Shown here: positions 10,831 to 19,655 of the stretch, piece after piece
Layout: every line of letters starts with the position of its first letter
Position numbering within the stretch: the stretch's first letter is position 1
The notes under the pieces: generated by a model
The model's database searches: none
What the model saw: only the letters and a program-made list of their open reading frames with translations
What the model was told of the DNA's origin: nothing
Position numbers and translations under genes: made by a program
Assembly (NCBI GenBank): GCA_052272885.1
Contig: DAVZJH010000001.1
Span: forward strand, 1-63,224
From: Anaerovibrio sp.
Lineage (GTDB): Bacteria > Bacillota > Negativicutes > Selenomonadales > Selenomonadaceae
Direction: 5' to 3'
Length of the DNA stretch: 63,224 nt

Positions 10831-11985
10831 GTGGGAATTGATTTTGCAGAATTTAATGTAGATGATCTGAATACCGTTATTAAGGTAGTAGGTGTTGGCG
10901 GTGGTGGCAATAATGCTGTAAACTGTATGGTATCCTCTGGTATTCAGGGCGTTGAATTTATTGTTATTAATACAGATGCTGAGGTATTGGAAAAGTCCTT
11001 GGCTCCTGTAAGATTGCAGATTGGCCGTAAGGCTACCGAGGGCAAAGGGGCAGGTGCTCGTCCAGAGGTAGGAGCCAAGGCTGCTGAGGAGAATCGTGAT
11101 GAAATCAAGGCTGCTCTGGAGGGAGCAGACATGGTATTTATCGCTGCTGGTATGGGTGGCGGTACTGGTACTGGCGCAGCTCCAGTAGTAGCTGAGTGTG
11201 CTAGAGAAATTGGTGCCCTTACAGTAGCAGTTGTTACCAAGCCATTTGGCTTTGAGGGCCTGATGCGCAGTCGTCGTGCCAAGGAGGGTGTAGCTAAGCT
11301 GTCCCAGCATGTAGACAGTATTATCACTATTCCTAACGAAAAGCTGTTGAACATTATTGACAGAAATACTCCTTTCACCGAGGCATTCCATGCTGTAGAT
11401 GATATTCTGCGTCAGGGTGTTCAGAGTATTGCGGATCTGATTAATGAGTCTGGCTTTATTAATGTAGACTTTGCCGATGTAGAGACTATCATGAGCGATG
11501 CAGGTCCAGCCCTGATGGGTATCGGTGAGGGCACTGGCGATAACGCTTGCCTGGAGGCAGTAAAGGCTGCTGTAGGTTCTCCGCTTTTGGAGGTTTCTGT
11601 ACAGGGTGCAAGAAGCGTTATTATTAACTTCAAGGGTGTGGAATCCCGTCTGAACATGGCTGAAATGACTGAGGCCAGTGAGGCTATTAGAGAGGCTGCT
11701 CATGTAGATGCAGAAATCGTTTGGGGTGTCTCTGTAGATGAAAGCATGGGAGACAAGATTTTGGCTACTGTTGTTGCTACCCGCTTTGATGATAATGCGG
11801 CTCAGCAGCCTAGCCAGTCAACAGATGCTCATCAGTTCTTTGGAACTCAGCCAGCCAATAGCACTCAGCAGGCTGGTAATGGTATGCGCAATTCCACATT
11901 TGGCAGTAATGCAGACAAGGGTATGCCAAATCAGGATTTCTTTACTGTTAACAATATTGATATTCCTGTATGGATGCGTAAGTAA
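10831..11985 (+). CDS. ftsZ: Cell division protein FtsZ
   Basis: IKVVGVGGGGNNAV, GMGGGTGTG, INVDFADV, C-terminal DIPVWMRK; start placed at GTG 10831 after GGAGG (track start 10804). Confidence 0.97.
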   Translation: MGIDFAEFNVDDLNTVIKVVGVGGGGNNAVNCMVSSGIQGVEFIVINTDAEVLEKSLAPVRLQIGRKATEGKGAGARPEVGAKAAEENRDEIKAALEGADMVFIAAGMGGGTGTGAAPVVAECAREIGALTVAVVTKPFGFEGLMRSRRAKEGVAKLSQHVDSIITIPNEKLLNIIDRNTPFTEAFHAVDDILRQGVQSIADLINESGFINVDFADVETIMSDAGPALMGIGEGTGDNACLEAVKAAVGSPLLEVSVQGARSVIINFKGVESRLNMAEMTEASEAIREAAHVDAEIVWGVSVDESMGDKILATVVATRFDDNAAQQPSQSTDAHQFFGTQPANSTQQAGNGMRNSTFGSNADKGMPNQDFFTVNNIDIPVWMRK

Positions 11986-12028
11986 GGAAAATTCATATGC
12001 TGTAGAACTACAGTATAGAAACAAGTTG

Positions 12029-12062
12029 AAATCCTGTAGGGTTGCCTACAGGATTTTCTTTT
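12029..12062 (+). terminator. Intrinsic terminator after ftsZ
   Basis: AAATCCTGTAGG-GTTG-CCTACAGGATTT then T-rich tail. Confidence 0.8.
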
Positions 12063-12081
12063 GAATATGGGAGTGATAAGG

Positions 12082-13107
12082 ATGAGGAGATATACAATAT
12101 TGCTCATAACCTCCTTTGTGATTATGCTGGGAGTTATTACAGGTACCATGTATATATCCGGTACAGGTTCCCATAAGGAAAATAACAGCCTGTTAGGGGA
12201 AATTACAGTATATACCACCTTGCCAACGGAAAATGTCAGCTATTTGGCAGAGGCTTACGAAAAAAACTATCATGTCAGGGTGAATTTTATGCCTATGTCT
12301 GAGGATGATATAGTTAAGCAAATGCAGAAGCCAGGCAGAGGAGATATGGTTTTGACAGATAGCCGTATTCTGCGGCGGGCAGCTGGAGAAGGCTGGCTGG
12401 TGCCCTATGGCTCTCTCCATGGGGATTCCGTCAGCAACAAGCTAAAGGATCCAAATGATTACTGGACCGGCATCTGGTATGATCCTGTGGTGTTCTGTAT
12501 CAACAGGGATTATATGCAGCGGACTGCCAATTTTCCTTTAGGGTGGCAGGATTTGGCGGCGCAACCAGATATCCGCATTGGCATTACAGATTTTCTGGCA
12601 GCAGAAAGTGCAGCTAATTTGTATTTCTTCCTTACAGCCCAATTTGGGGAGGAGAAAACCTTGGCTATGTTGCAGCAGATTCACCCTCATGTGGTGCAAT
12701 ATGCCAAATATTTATCCACACCTGTCCGTATGGCAGGTATGGGAGAGGTGGACATAGCGGTGGCTGTACAGAGCGAAATTTTGCGCTATATAGAGGATGG
12801 CTATCCTTTGAAGATAATTCAGCCTGCGGAGGGAACAGCTTATATGCTAACTGGTACAGGTATCCTCTTGGATGCTCCTCACGGGGAGCAGGCCAAGAAA
12901 TTTGCCGATTGGCTGTTAACAGATGAAGCCATGTTGGTTTTGCAGACCAATAAATTTTATTTTATTCCTTGCAATCCTACTACCTTGGCTTATAAACAGC
13001 TGGCAGTGCGGAATCCATCTCTATTCGATCAATTGGCTGATTTTCCAAGGGAAAAACGGCAGGAATTGCTGGATAAATGGGTTAAGCAGGTAAGAATAAA
13101 TAATTGA
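12082..13107 (+). CDS. ABC transporter substrate-binding protein (Fe3+/AfuA-like family), no permease adjacent
   Basis: N-terminal anchor; GEVDIAV, GYPLKIIQPAEGT, AKKFADWLLT pattern; start moved to ATG 12082 (track 12061). Confidence 0.75.
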   Translation: MRRYTILLITSFVIMLGVITGTMYISGTGSHKENNSLLGEITVYTTLPTENVSYLAEAYEKNYHVRVNFMPMSEDDIVKQMQKPGRGDMVLTDSRILRRAAGEGWLVPYGSLHGDSVSNKLKDPNDYWTGIWYDPVVFCINRDYMQRTANFPLGWQDLAAQPDIRIGITDFLAAESAANLYFFLTAQFGEEKTLAMLQQIHPHVVQYAKYLSTPVRMAGMGEVDIAVAVQSEILRYIEDGYPLKIIQPAEGTAYMLTGTGILLDAPHGEQAKKFADWLLTDEAMLVLQTNKFYFIPCNPTTLAYKQLAVRNPSLFDQLADFPREKRQELLDKWVKQVRINN

Positions 13108-13144
13108 TGAATTTGATAAAGATATATAAGGAGGAATCGTAGAT

Positions 13145-14476
13145 TTGAAAGCAGGATTTATTAGTCTGGGATGCTCGAAAAATCTTGTAGATACAGAGGT
13201 TATGTTGGGCATTATTCAGCAAAACGGTATAGAGCTGGTAAATGATCCAGCAGAGGCAGATATTTTGATTGTGAATACCTGCGCTTTTATAGAATCTGCC
13301 AAGACAGAGTCCATTACCACAGTTTTGAATATGGCAGAATACAAGGAGCCAGGCAAGGGTAAGTGCAAATCCGTTATTATTGCAGGCTGTCTTGGTCAGC
13401 GTTATGGTCAGGAGCTTCTGGATGATCTGCCTGAGGCAGATGGTATTATAGGTACTGGCTCCTGGAATCGTATTATGGAAGCTATAAACGAAACCTTGGC
13501 AGGTAATCGGGTAGTGATTAACAGTCAGAATGAGATTATCTACGATGCCTCTGTACCTCGTATTCCTACTACGCCAGCCTATACAGCCTATGTTAAGATT
13601 GCTGAGGGATGTAATAATCGTTGCGCTTTCTGTGCGATTCCTTTGATTCGTGGTAAATTTAGAAGCCGTACCATTGAGGATATTCATCAGGAGGTACAGC
13701 AGCTGGTGGATAAAGGCGTTCGAGAGATTGTACTTATCGCTCAGGATACCACTAATTACGGCCATGATTTATATGGCAAGCCTAGTTTGGCGGCACTTCT
13801 CAAGGATTTGTGCCAGATTAAGGATATAAAATGGCTGCGGACTCTCTATAGCTATCCAAAATTCTTTACAGATGAGCTGATAGATTTGATTGCCCAGGAG
13901 GAAAAGCTGGTTAAATATGTGGATATTCCTCTCCAGCATGCTAACAATGAAATCCTTCGGGCGATGCATAGACCAGATACCAAGGAAGAAATTTCAACCT
14001 TGCTGGCCAAGCTGAGACAGCGCATTCCTGGTGTAGTTATCCGTTCTACCTTTATAGTGGGCTTCCCTGGAGAAACAGAAGCACAATATCAGGAGCTAAA
14101 GGCCTTTTTGGAGGAACAGCGTTTTGACCATGTAGGTATCTTTACTTATTCCAAGGAGGAGGATACTGCTGCAGCAGAAATGCCAAATCAGGTGCCAGAG
14201 GAAATTATGGAGGATAGATACCATGATTTGAAGGCAACCCAGAGCCTGATTTCTCAGGAGCTGAATCAGCAGCTGGAGGGACAGGTGCTGGAGGTTCTGG
14301 TAGAGGGTCATACAGATGAAGGTATGCCTTATGGCCGCAGCTATCGTCAGGCTGATGATGTGGATGACAATATATATATTGAAGATGATACCACCAGTAA
14401 GGTGGGAGATATGGTAAAGGTTCGCATTCTGCAGGGCTTTACTGAGGATTTAGTAGGAGAGCTGGCTGATGCTTAA
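13145..14476 (+). CDS. rimO: Ribosomal protein S12 methylthiotransferase
   Basis: SLGCSKNLVDTE, NTCAFI, radical SAM CNNRCAFCAIP, STFIVGFPGET, C-terminal TRAM. Confidence 0.95.
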   Translation: MKAGFISLGCSKNLVDTEVMLGIIQQNGIELVNDPAEADILIVNTCAFIESAKTESITTVLNMAEYKEPGKGKCKSVIIAGCLGQRYGQELLDDLPEADGIIGTGSWNRIMEAINETLAGNRVVINSQNEIIYDASVPRIPTTPAYTAYVKIAEGCNNRCAFCAIPLIRGKFRSRTIEDIHQEVQQLVDKGVREIVLIAQDTTNYGHDLYGKPSLAALLKDLCQIKDIKWLRTLYSYPKFFTDELIDLIAQEEKLVKYVDIPLQHANNEILRAMHRPDTKEEISTLLAKLRQRIPGVVIRSTFIVGFPGETEAQYQELKAFLEEQRFDHVGIFTYSKEEDTAAAEMPNQVPEEIMEDRYHDLKATQSLISQELNQQLEGQVLEVLVEGHTDEGMPYGRSYRQADDVDDNIYIEDDTTSKVGDMVKVRILQGFTEDLVGELADA

Positions 14477-14966
14477 ATTGGATGAAGGAGCAGATTCGCT
14501 GGAAATAGTAGTGGGGAAAATGCTTCAAAAGTCAAACAATACTATAGCTTGTGCTGAATCCTGTACGGGAGGCCTGCTTATGAGCAGACTTACTGCCGTG
14601 CCAGGCAGTTCTGCTTATGTTCAGGGAGGCATTGTTTCCTATAGCAATCAGGTGAAAATAGAGCAGCTTGGGGTAGAGTCCAAGGTGTTGGGTACTGTAG
14701 GGGCAGTTAGCTCTCAGGTAGCTATCCAGATGGCCGAGGGAGTGCGAAAGCACCTGCATGTAGATATTGGCACTGGCATTACCGGTATTGCTGGTCCTGG
14801 GGGAGATACTCCAGATAAGCCCCTGGGGTTGGTATATATTGCTGTAGCAGGTCAGGCAGGCACCAGGGTTACTCGCAATGTATTTGCTGGGGATAGACAG
14901 CAGGTACGCTGGGCAGCTACAGAAAAAGCTTTGTCTATGGTGAAGGAGTATCTGGAGGAAGTTTAA
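14469..14966 (+). CDS. cinA: CinA C-terminal domain protein (NMN deamidase PncC)
   Basis: AESCTGG, GSSAY, YSNQVK, GAVS, TGIAGPGG; lacks the N-terminal MoCF domain. Confidence 0.9.
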   Translation: MLKLDEGADSLEIVVGKMLQKSNNTIACAESCTGGLLMSRLTAVPGSSAYVQGGIVSYSNQVKIEQLGVESKVLGTVGAVSSQVAIQMAEGVRKHLHVDIGTGITGIAGPGGDTPDKPLGLVYIAVAGQAGTRVTRNVFAGDRQQVRWAATEKALSMVKEYLEEV

Positions 14967-15072
14967 TGTAATTTAAATTTCCTTTTCAGGTTATTTTTAG
15001 ATACCTCATATATTATAGTGTTCATCTAAGGTACATAATGTATCTATTAATTTTCATATGGAGGGATGAAAA

Positions 15073-15828
15073 ATGAAGTTAAATAAGCTTATTGCCAAGG
15101 CTTTGACCCTGGCTGTGACTATATCAGTGTTGGTTCTGCCTGTGGCTGCCTTTGCAGAGGAGGCAGCAGGGGAACAGCCACCGTCTGTAGCCTCTCAGAA
15201 GGATCAGATTGAATTTACTCACAAGCACACCAGCCAGCGCTATGGTTATAGCATTTTCTGCCCAGTAAAGCCCAAGGTGATTCCAGCCAGTGCCTATAAC
15301 GAGCAGGACAAGGGAGATGTATTGCTCTATAGTGGCAGCTATGACAATATTAAAAAGGCCTGGGTTATTTGCATTAACGGCTATGATGACAAGGTAATAC
15401 CAGAAAATCTTGGCACTATGCAGGAGAATGAAGCAAAGGCCTTTTTAAAGGATTTTGCAGCTAATTATGGCTTGGAATATGCTCAGATTGTAGAGATTGC
15501 TAACCGTAATGAGGATGGCAGTCAGGCAGAGGGCTATCGTTATGGTATTGCTGGTCCTACCGCCAAGGAGGTAGAGGTTGATAGCGATGGAGATGGGGTT
15601 ATGGATTCTGTTGCCGTAGCTGAAAACCAGATGATGAAGCTGTTTATTCCAGGCCAGTATGGCGGACATTTTATGCTGGGACTGATACAGGCTGGTGGCC
15701 TCCAGAAGCGTGATGTGGAGGAGTTTATGAATGCTGGTATTTATACCCTGCAGCAGTGGCCAACCTCTGGCTATACCAAGGCAAAGTCTGAGGCTGACAA
15801 TGGTGACAAAAAAAGCAAAAAGAAATAA
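15073..15828 (+). CDS. Exported hypothetical protein
   Basis: GGAGG RBS, signal peptide ending AFA-E, DSDGDG motif, Lys-rich C-tail. Confidence 0.75.
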   Translation: MKLNKLIAKALTLAVTISVLVLPVAAFAEEAAGEQPPSVASQKDQIEFTHKHTSQRYGYSIFCPVKPKVIPASAYNEQDKGDVLLYSGSYDNIKKAWVICINGYDDKVIPENLGTMQENEAKAFLKDFAANYGLEYAQIVEIANRNEDGSQAEGYRYGIAGPTAKEVEVDSDGDGVMDSVAVAENQMMKLFIPGQYGGHFMLGLIQAGGLQKRDVEEFMNAGIYTLQQWPTSGYTKAKSEADNGDKKSKKK

Positions 15829-15836
15829 CTAGGGAG

Positions 15837-15865
15837 TTGATATTTTTGACTTTTTGATGTATTAT
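15837..15865 (+). promoter_or_regulatory. Putative sigma70 promoter of htpG
   Basis: TTGATA-17-TATTAT immediately upstream of CIRCE. Confidence 0.55.
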
Positions 15866-15876
15866 AAATCATGAAG

Positions 15877-15903
15877 TTAGCACTCATACATATAGAGTGC
15901 TAA
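15877..15903 (+). promoter_or_regulatory. CIRCE element (HrcA operator)
   Basis: Perfect TTAGCACTC-N9-GAGTGCTAA upstream of htpG. Confidence 0.96.
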
Positions 15904-15945
15904 AACTATGTTAAATAATATTTCATATAAAGGAGATAATTCCAA

Positions 15946-17901
15946 ATGGCAAAGACAACCCATGAATTTCAGGCAGAAACTAAGGAACTGCTGAATCTCA
16001 TGATTCACAGCATTTATACCAATCACGAAATATTCCTGCGGGAGTTGATTTCCAATGCTTCCGATGCTATTGACAAACTGCATTTTGCTTCTCTCCAGAA
16101 CAGAGATATTCTGGAGGGCAATGAGGACTATGAGATTTTCCTGGTACCAGATAAGGACAGCCACACTCTGACTATTTCTGATAATGGTCTGGGCATGACC
16201 AAGGATGAGGTAATTGAGAATCTTGGTACTATTGCCAAATCCGGCACCAAGGCATTTTTGGAGCAGCTCCAGAAGGCCAAGGAGGATAATGCAGAGATTA
16301 CCGATAAGGAATTGATTGGTCAGTTTGGTGTAGGCTTCTATTCTGCTTTCATGGTAGCAGAGAAGGTTACTGTTGTTACTCGCAAGGCTGGTGAGATTGC
16401 TGCTGTACGCTGGGAGTCCACTGGTGATGGCTCCTATACTATTGAGGAGTGCGAGAAGGAAGGCCGCGGTACCAATATTACCATTACTCTGGGCAAGGAG
16501 TTCTATGGTGATGAGGCAGAGGAAAACTTCCTTGATACCTGGAATCTCCAGAATTTGGTAAAGAAGTATTCCGATTATGTCCGCTATCCAATTAGGATGA
16601 ATATTGAGACTCAGGAAACTCCTAGAGATGACGAGGGCGAGCCTATTGAGGGGGCGGAGCCTATTACCAAGGTAGAGCTTAAGACTCTTAACTCCATGCA
16701 GCCTTTGTGGACCAAGAACAAGAATGATATTAAGGACGAGGAATACAAGGAATTTATCAAGAATCAGTTCCATGAGTGGGAAGAGCCTATGGAGGTTTTC
16801 CACAACAAGGCTGAGGGTAATGTAGAATATACTTCCTTGCTGTACATCCCAGCTAAGGCACCATTTAACCTGTATCATGCAGATTATGAGCCAGGCCTGC
16901 AGCTTTATTCCCGCCACGTATTCATTATGGATAAGTGCAAGGATCTGCTGCCAAATTATCTGGGCTTTGTAAAGGGCTTGGTAGATTCTCCAGATTTGTC
17001 CCTGAATATTTCTCGTGAGCTTTTGCAGCAGAGCCGTGAGCTAAAAACCATTGGCAAGAATCTGGAAAAGACCATTCTCAAGAGTCTGGAGCGTATGCTA
17101 AAGAATGACCGTGAGAAATACGAGAAGTTCTGGGCAGAATATGGCAAATCCTTGAAGATTGGTATTTACAACAGCATGTATACCGGCAGCAGTGTGGTAG
17201 ACAAGCTGAAGGAGCTGCTGCTCTTTGCTTCTTCCAAGGATGGCAAGGAAATCTCTCTGAAAGAGTATGTAGGCCGTATGGCAGAGGGCCAGAAGAAAAT
17301 CTACTATGCTACTGGTTCTGACAGAAATACTATTGAGAAATTGCCTCAGATGGAGCTGTTGAGAGACAAGGGCCTGGAGGTTCTCTATCTGCTGGATCCT
17401 GTAGATGAATTTGCTATTGAAACTATTCGCAAATATGATGACAAGGAGTTCCAGTCCATTAGCCGTGGTGATTTGGATTTGGATGATGCTGAATCCAAGG
17501 AGGTTAAGAAGGAAGCTGAGGAAATTGCCAAGACCAACGATCAGCTGGTTAAGGATATTAAGGAAGCTTTGGGGGACAAGGTATCCGAGGTTAAAATCAG
17601 CTCCCGCTTGAAATCCAGCGCTGTATGCTTGGTTGCAGATGCCATGGGCCCAAGCCTTTCTATGGAGCATACCTTTGCTAGCATGGACAATCCAATGTTC
17701 AAGGCTAAGAGAATTTTGGAGCTGAATCCAAAGCATGACCTCTTTGCCAAGCTGCAGATTCTCCATTCCAATGGCAAGGACAATGCAGAGTTCAAGGATT
17801 ACTGCGATTTGCTGTACACTCAGGCCTTGATTATTGAAGGAATTATGCCTGAGAACCCAGTAGATTTTGCCGATAAGGTTGCCAAGCTAATGGCTAAATA
17901 A
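15946..17901 (+). CDS. htpG: Hsp90 chaperone HtpG
   Basis: EIFLRELISNASDA, DNGLGM, NLGTIAKSGT, IGQFGVGFYSAF, LNISRE motifs. Confidence 0.97.
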   Translation: MAKTTHEFQAETKELLNLMIHSIYTNHEIFLRELISNASDAIDKLHFASLQNRDILEGNEDYEIFLVPDKDSHTLTISDNGLGMTKDEVIENLGTIAKSGTKAFLEQLQKAKEDNAEITDKELIGQFGVGFYSAFMVAEKVTVVTRKAGEIAAVRWESTGDGSYTIEECEKEGRGTNITITLGKEFYGDEAEENFLDTWNLQNLVKKYSDYVRYPIRMNIETQETPRDDEGEPIEGAEPITKVELKTLNSMQPLWTKNKNDIKDEEYKEFIKNQFHEWEEPMEVFHNKAEGNVEYTSLLYIPAKAPFNLYHADYEPGLQLYSRHVFIMDKCKDLLPNYLGFVKGLVDSPDLSLNISRELLQQSRELKTIGKNLEKTILKSLERMLKNDREKYEKFWAEYGKSLKIGIYNSMYTGSSVVDKLKELLLFASSKDGKEISLKEYVGRMAEGQKKIYYATGSDRNTIEKLPQMELLRDKGLEVLYLLDPVDEFAIETIRKYDDKEFQSISRGDLDLDDAESKEVKKEAEEIAKTNDQLVKDIKEALGDKVSEVKISSRLKSSAVCLVADAMGPSLSMEHTFASMDNPMFKAKRILELNPKHDLFAKLQILHSNGKDNAEFKDYCDLLYTQALIIEGIMPENPVDFADKVAKLMAK

Positions 17902-17939
17902 ATTTTAATATATGGTGTTTGGGTAAAGGACACCATAAG

Positions 17940-17990
17940 AAAAGGGACTATGCCTTTGCTGTGCTAAGCAGGAGGTATAGTCCCTTTTAT
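17940..17990. terminator. Bidirectional terminator between htpG and araC
   Basis: AAAAGGGACTATGCCT...AGGTATAGTCCCTTTT between convergent genes. Confidence 0.8.
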
Positions 17991-17995
17991 ATTTA

Positions 17996-18880
17996 TCAGG
18001 AGTCTAAGTTTACAGCTGAATTACTGCGAAATTCGGTGGGGGTAATGCCAAAGCTGCGCTTAAATTCTCTGGAAAAGGAAGAATAATCCTTGAAACCGCA
18101 TTGGAAGCAAAGCTGGGTAATAGGCAGCTCTGTAGTGGTAAGCAGTCTTTTGGCCAGCAGAAGCCGTTTGCTGTTAATATATTGATGAATGCTGCAGCCT
18201 GTATCAGACTTAAATTTTCGCATCATATAGAAGCGGCTGGTAAAGGATTTTTCTGCCAAAAGGTCGATGGTCAAATCCTCCGCCAGATGCTCATTTATAT
18301 ATTGAAGCAGCTGCTGGATGCGGGGATCATAGGTGATTTCCGCCAGATTCTCCAATTCCTTGTCCAGAATGGCCCGATTAATAAGAATCATTAGCTCCGT
18401 AAATAATACCTGAGTATAGAGCTCATTGGCAAAGTCCTGCTGTTGACTAACCCTTTCCAATTTGTCCATATGAAAAAGCAGGTCGTGACTACGGCCGGCA
18501 GGGGCATGCATAACACTGTTCATATGCAGGGATTTGTCAAAGCATTGCTCCAGAGGATATTTGCCCTGTCCAAGATTTTGCAGGTAAAGGGGAGAAATAT
18601 AGACTACAATACGCTCATAGGGTTTGTCAAGATAGGTTACAGGCTTGTGGATTTCGCCTGCACTGACAAAGAGAATATCTCTGGCGGTGAGAGGATAGGT
18701 TTTGCCCTCAATAATATAGGCAGCCTCTCCCTTGAGAAAAAAGATTATTTTGTGAAAATCATGATAGTGAAAGGGAATATCCTCCATAGAGGAATCCTGC
18801 AATCGAAAAATTCGGAAGCCTTGATGAAGATACCCCTTTTTGTCATATGCTTGTATTTTGTTTTCAGAATCATTAGCCAT
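17996..18880 (-). CDS. AraC-family transcriptional regulator with cupin sensor domain
   Basis: N-terminal HYHDFHKI cupin motif; C-terminal double HTH (CGFKDYSSFSREFKRSFGITP). Confidence 0.93.
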   Translation of the reverse strand: MANDSENKIQAYDKKGYLHQGFRIFRLQDSSMEDIPFHYHDFHKIIFFLKGEAAYIIEGKTYPLTARDILFVSAGEIHKPVTYLDKPYERIVVYISPLYLQNLGQGKYPLEQCFDKSLHMNSVMHAPAGRSHDLLFHMDKLERVSQQQDFANELYTQVLFTELMILINRAILDKELENLAEITYDPRIQQLLQYINEHLAEDLTIDLLAEKSFTSRFYMMRKFKSDTGCSIHQYINSKRLLLAKRLLTTTELPITQLCFQCGFKDYSSFSREFKRSFGITPTEFRSNSAVNLDS

Positions 18881-18944
18881 AATATTGTGCCTTTCCCTTT
18901 CAGAATAGAAAATTTTGTATTTCTTATTTAGATAGATTTATTAT

Positions 18945-19009
18945 ACAGCATTTTTTGCAATACAAACAGCATTATTTTTATATTATGTGTAAAATATGCC
19001 TGCTATAAT
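18945..19009 (+). promoter_or_regulatory. AraC-type tandem operator plus extended -10 promoter
   Basis: ACAGCATT repeated at 18945 and 18966 (21-bp period); TGCTATAAT at 19001-19009 without a consensus -35. Confidence 0.6.
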
Positions 19010-19092
19010 AAAGCCAGAGTTGAGAGATGTGGAGCAAGGAAATAAATCCTGGCCATAATAGATAATATGAGAGATTCAAGGGGGAGAGCACC

Positions 19093-19431
19093 ATGCTGAA
19101 AGCTGATATTTATACTTATAACAAGGTTGAATATATTGTTATTGACACTGCCATGATTACCATTGAAAATAAGGGTTTGGCTACCTTGGCCAGCTATCGT
19201 CATGGTGTAGGTGCTGATCGTATTTTGCTGGTGGATAAGTCCTTGGAGCAGATTATTGCTGCTGTAGATGGTCAGGGCAGCTATCAGCTTCTCTCTGTTG
19301 ATGATTATCAGGTAGCTAATGCGGCTATGGGCAAGTCTACAGCAGAGGGAATGCATTACAAAGAACTCCATGTTACAGAGTATTTTCTCCAGAAGCTTCT
19401 ACCAGTACAGCAGCTGCAGATTGCTGGCTGA
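19093..19431 (+). CDS. Hypothetical protein resembling a degenerate DapF N-terminal domain
   Basis: RBS GGGGAGAG; YIVID...RHGVGADRILLV resembles DapF; no Cys in the protein. Confidence 0.65.
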   Translation: MLKADIYTYNKVEYIVIDTAMITIENKGLATLASYRHGVGADRILLVDKSLEQIIAAVDGQGSYQLLSVDDYQVANAAMGKSTAEGMHYKELHVTEYFLQKLLPVQQLQIAG

Positions 19432-19509
19432 TAGGATTAAATATATCTGCTATATACCTGTCAGTTCCAGCTGGAGCTTAGAACTGACAAAATTGTATAA
19501 CTGACGCAG

Positions 19510-19542
19510 GGGGCTGTCACATTATATGTGGCAGTCCCTTTT
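19510..19542 (+). terminator. Intrinsic terminator
   Basis: GGGGCTGTCACAT-TAT-ATGTGGCAGTCCC-TTTT. Confidence 0.75.
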
Positions 19543-19655
19543 GCCTGTCTGGAAAATGGTAAATTGTAAATGCAGACAGATTGGTGGAGGAGCTTTGTAT
19601 ATTGAATATTTTGGGGTAGTATGATATTATAATCTAGCAGAAGTGGATTCGGAGG

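Noticed and set aside
18975..18996. TATATTATGTGTAAAAT as a dif site
   Set aside because: Only a partial XerD-arm resemblance, no XerC arm, inside a promoter, and no strand-bias switch in the window.
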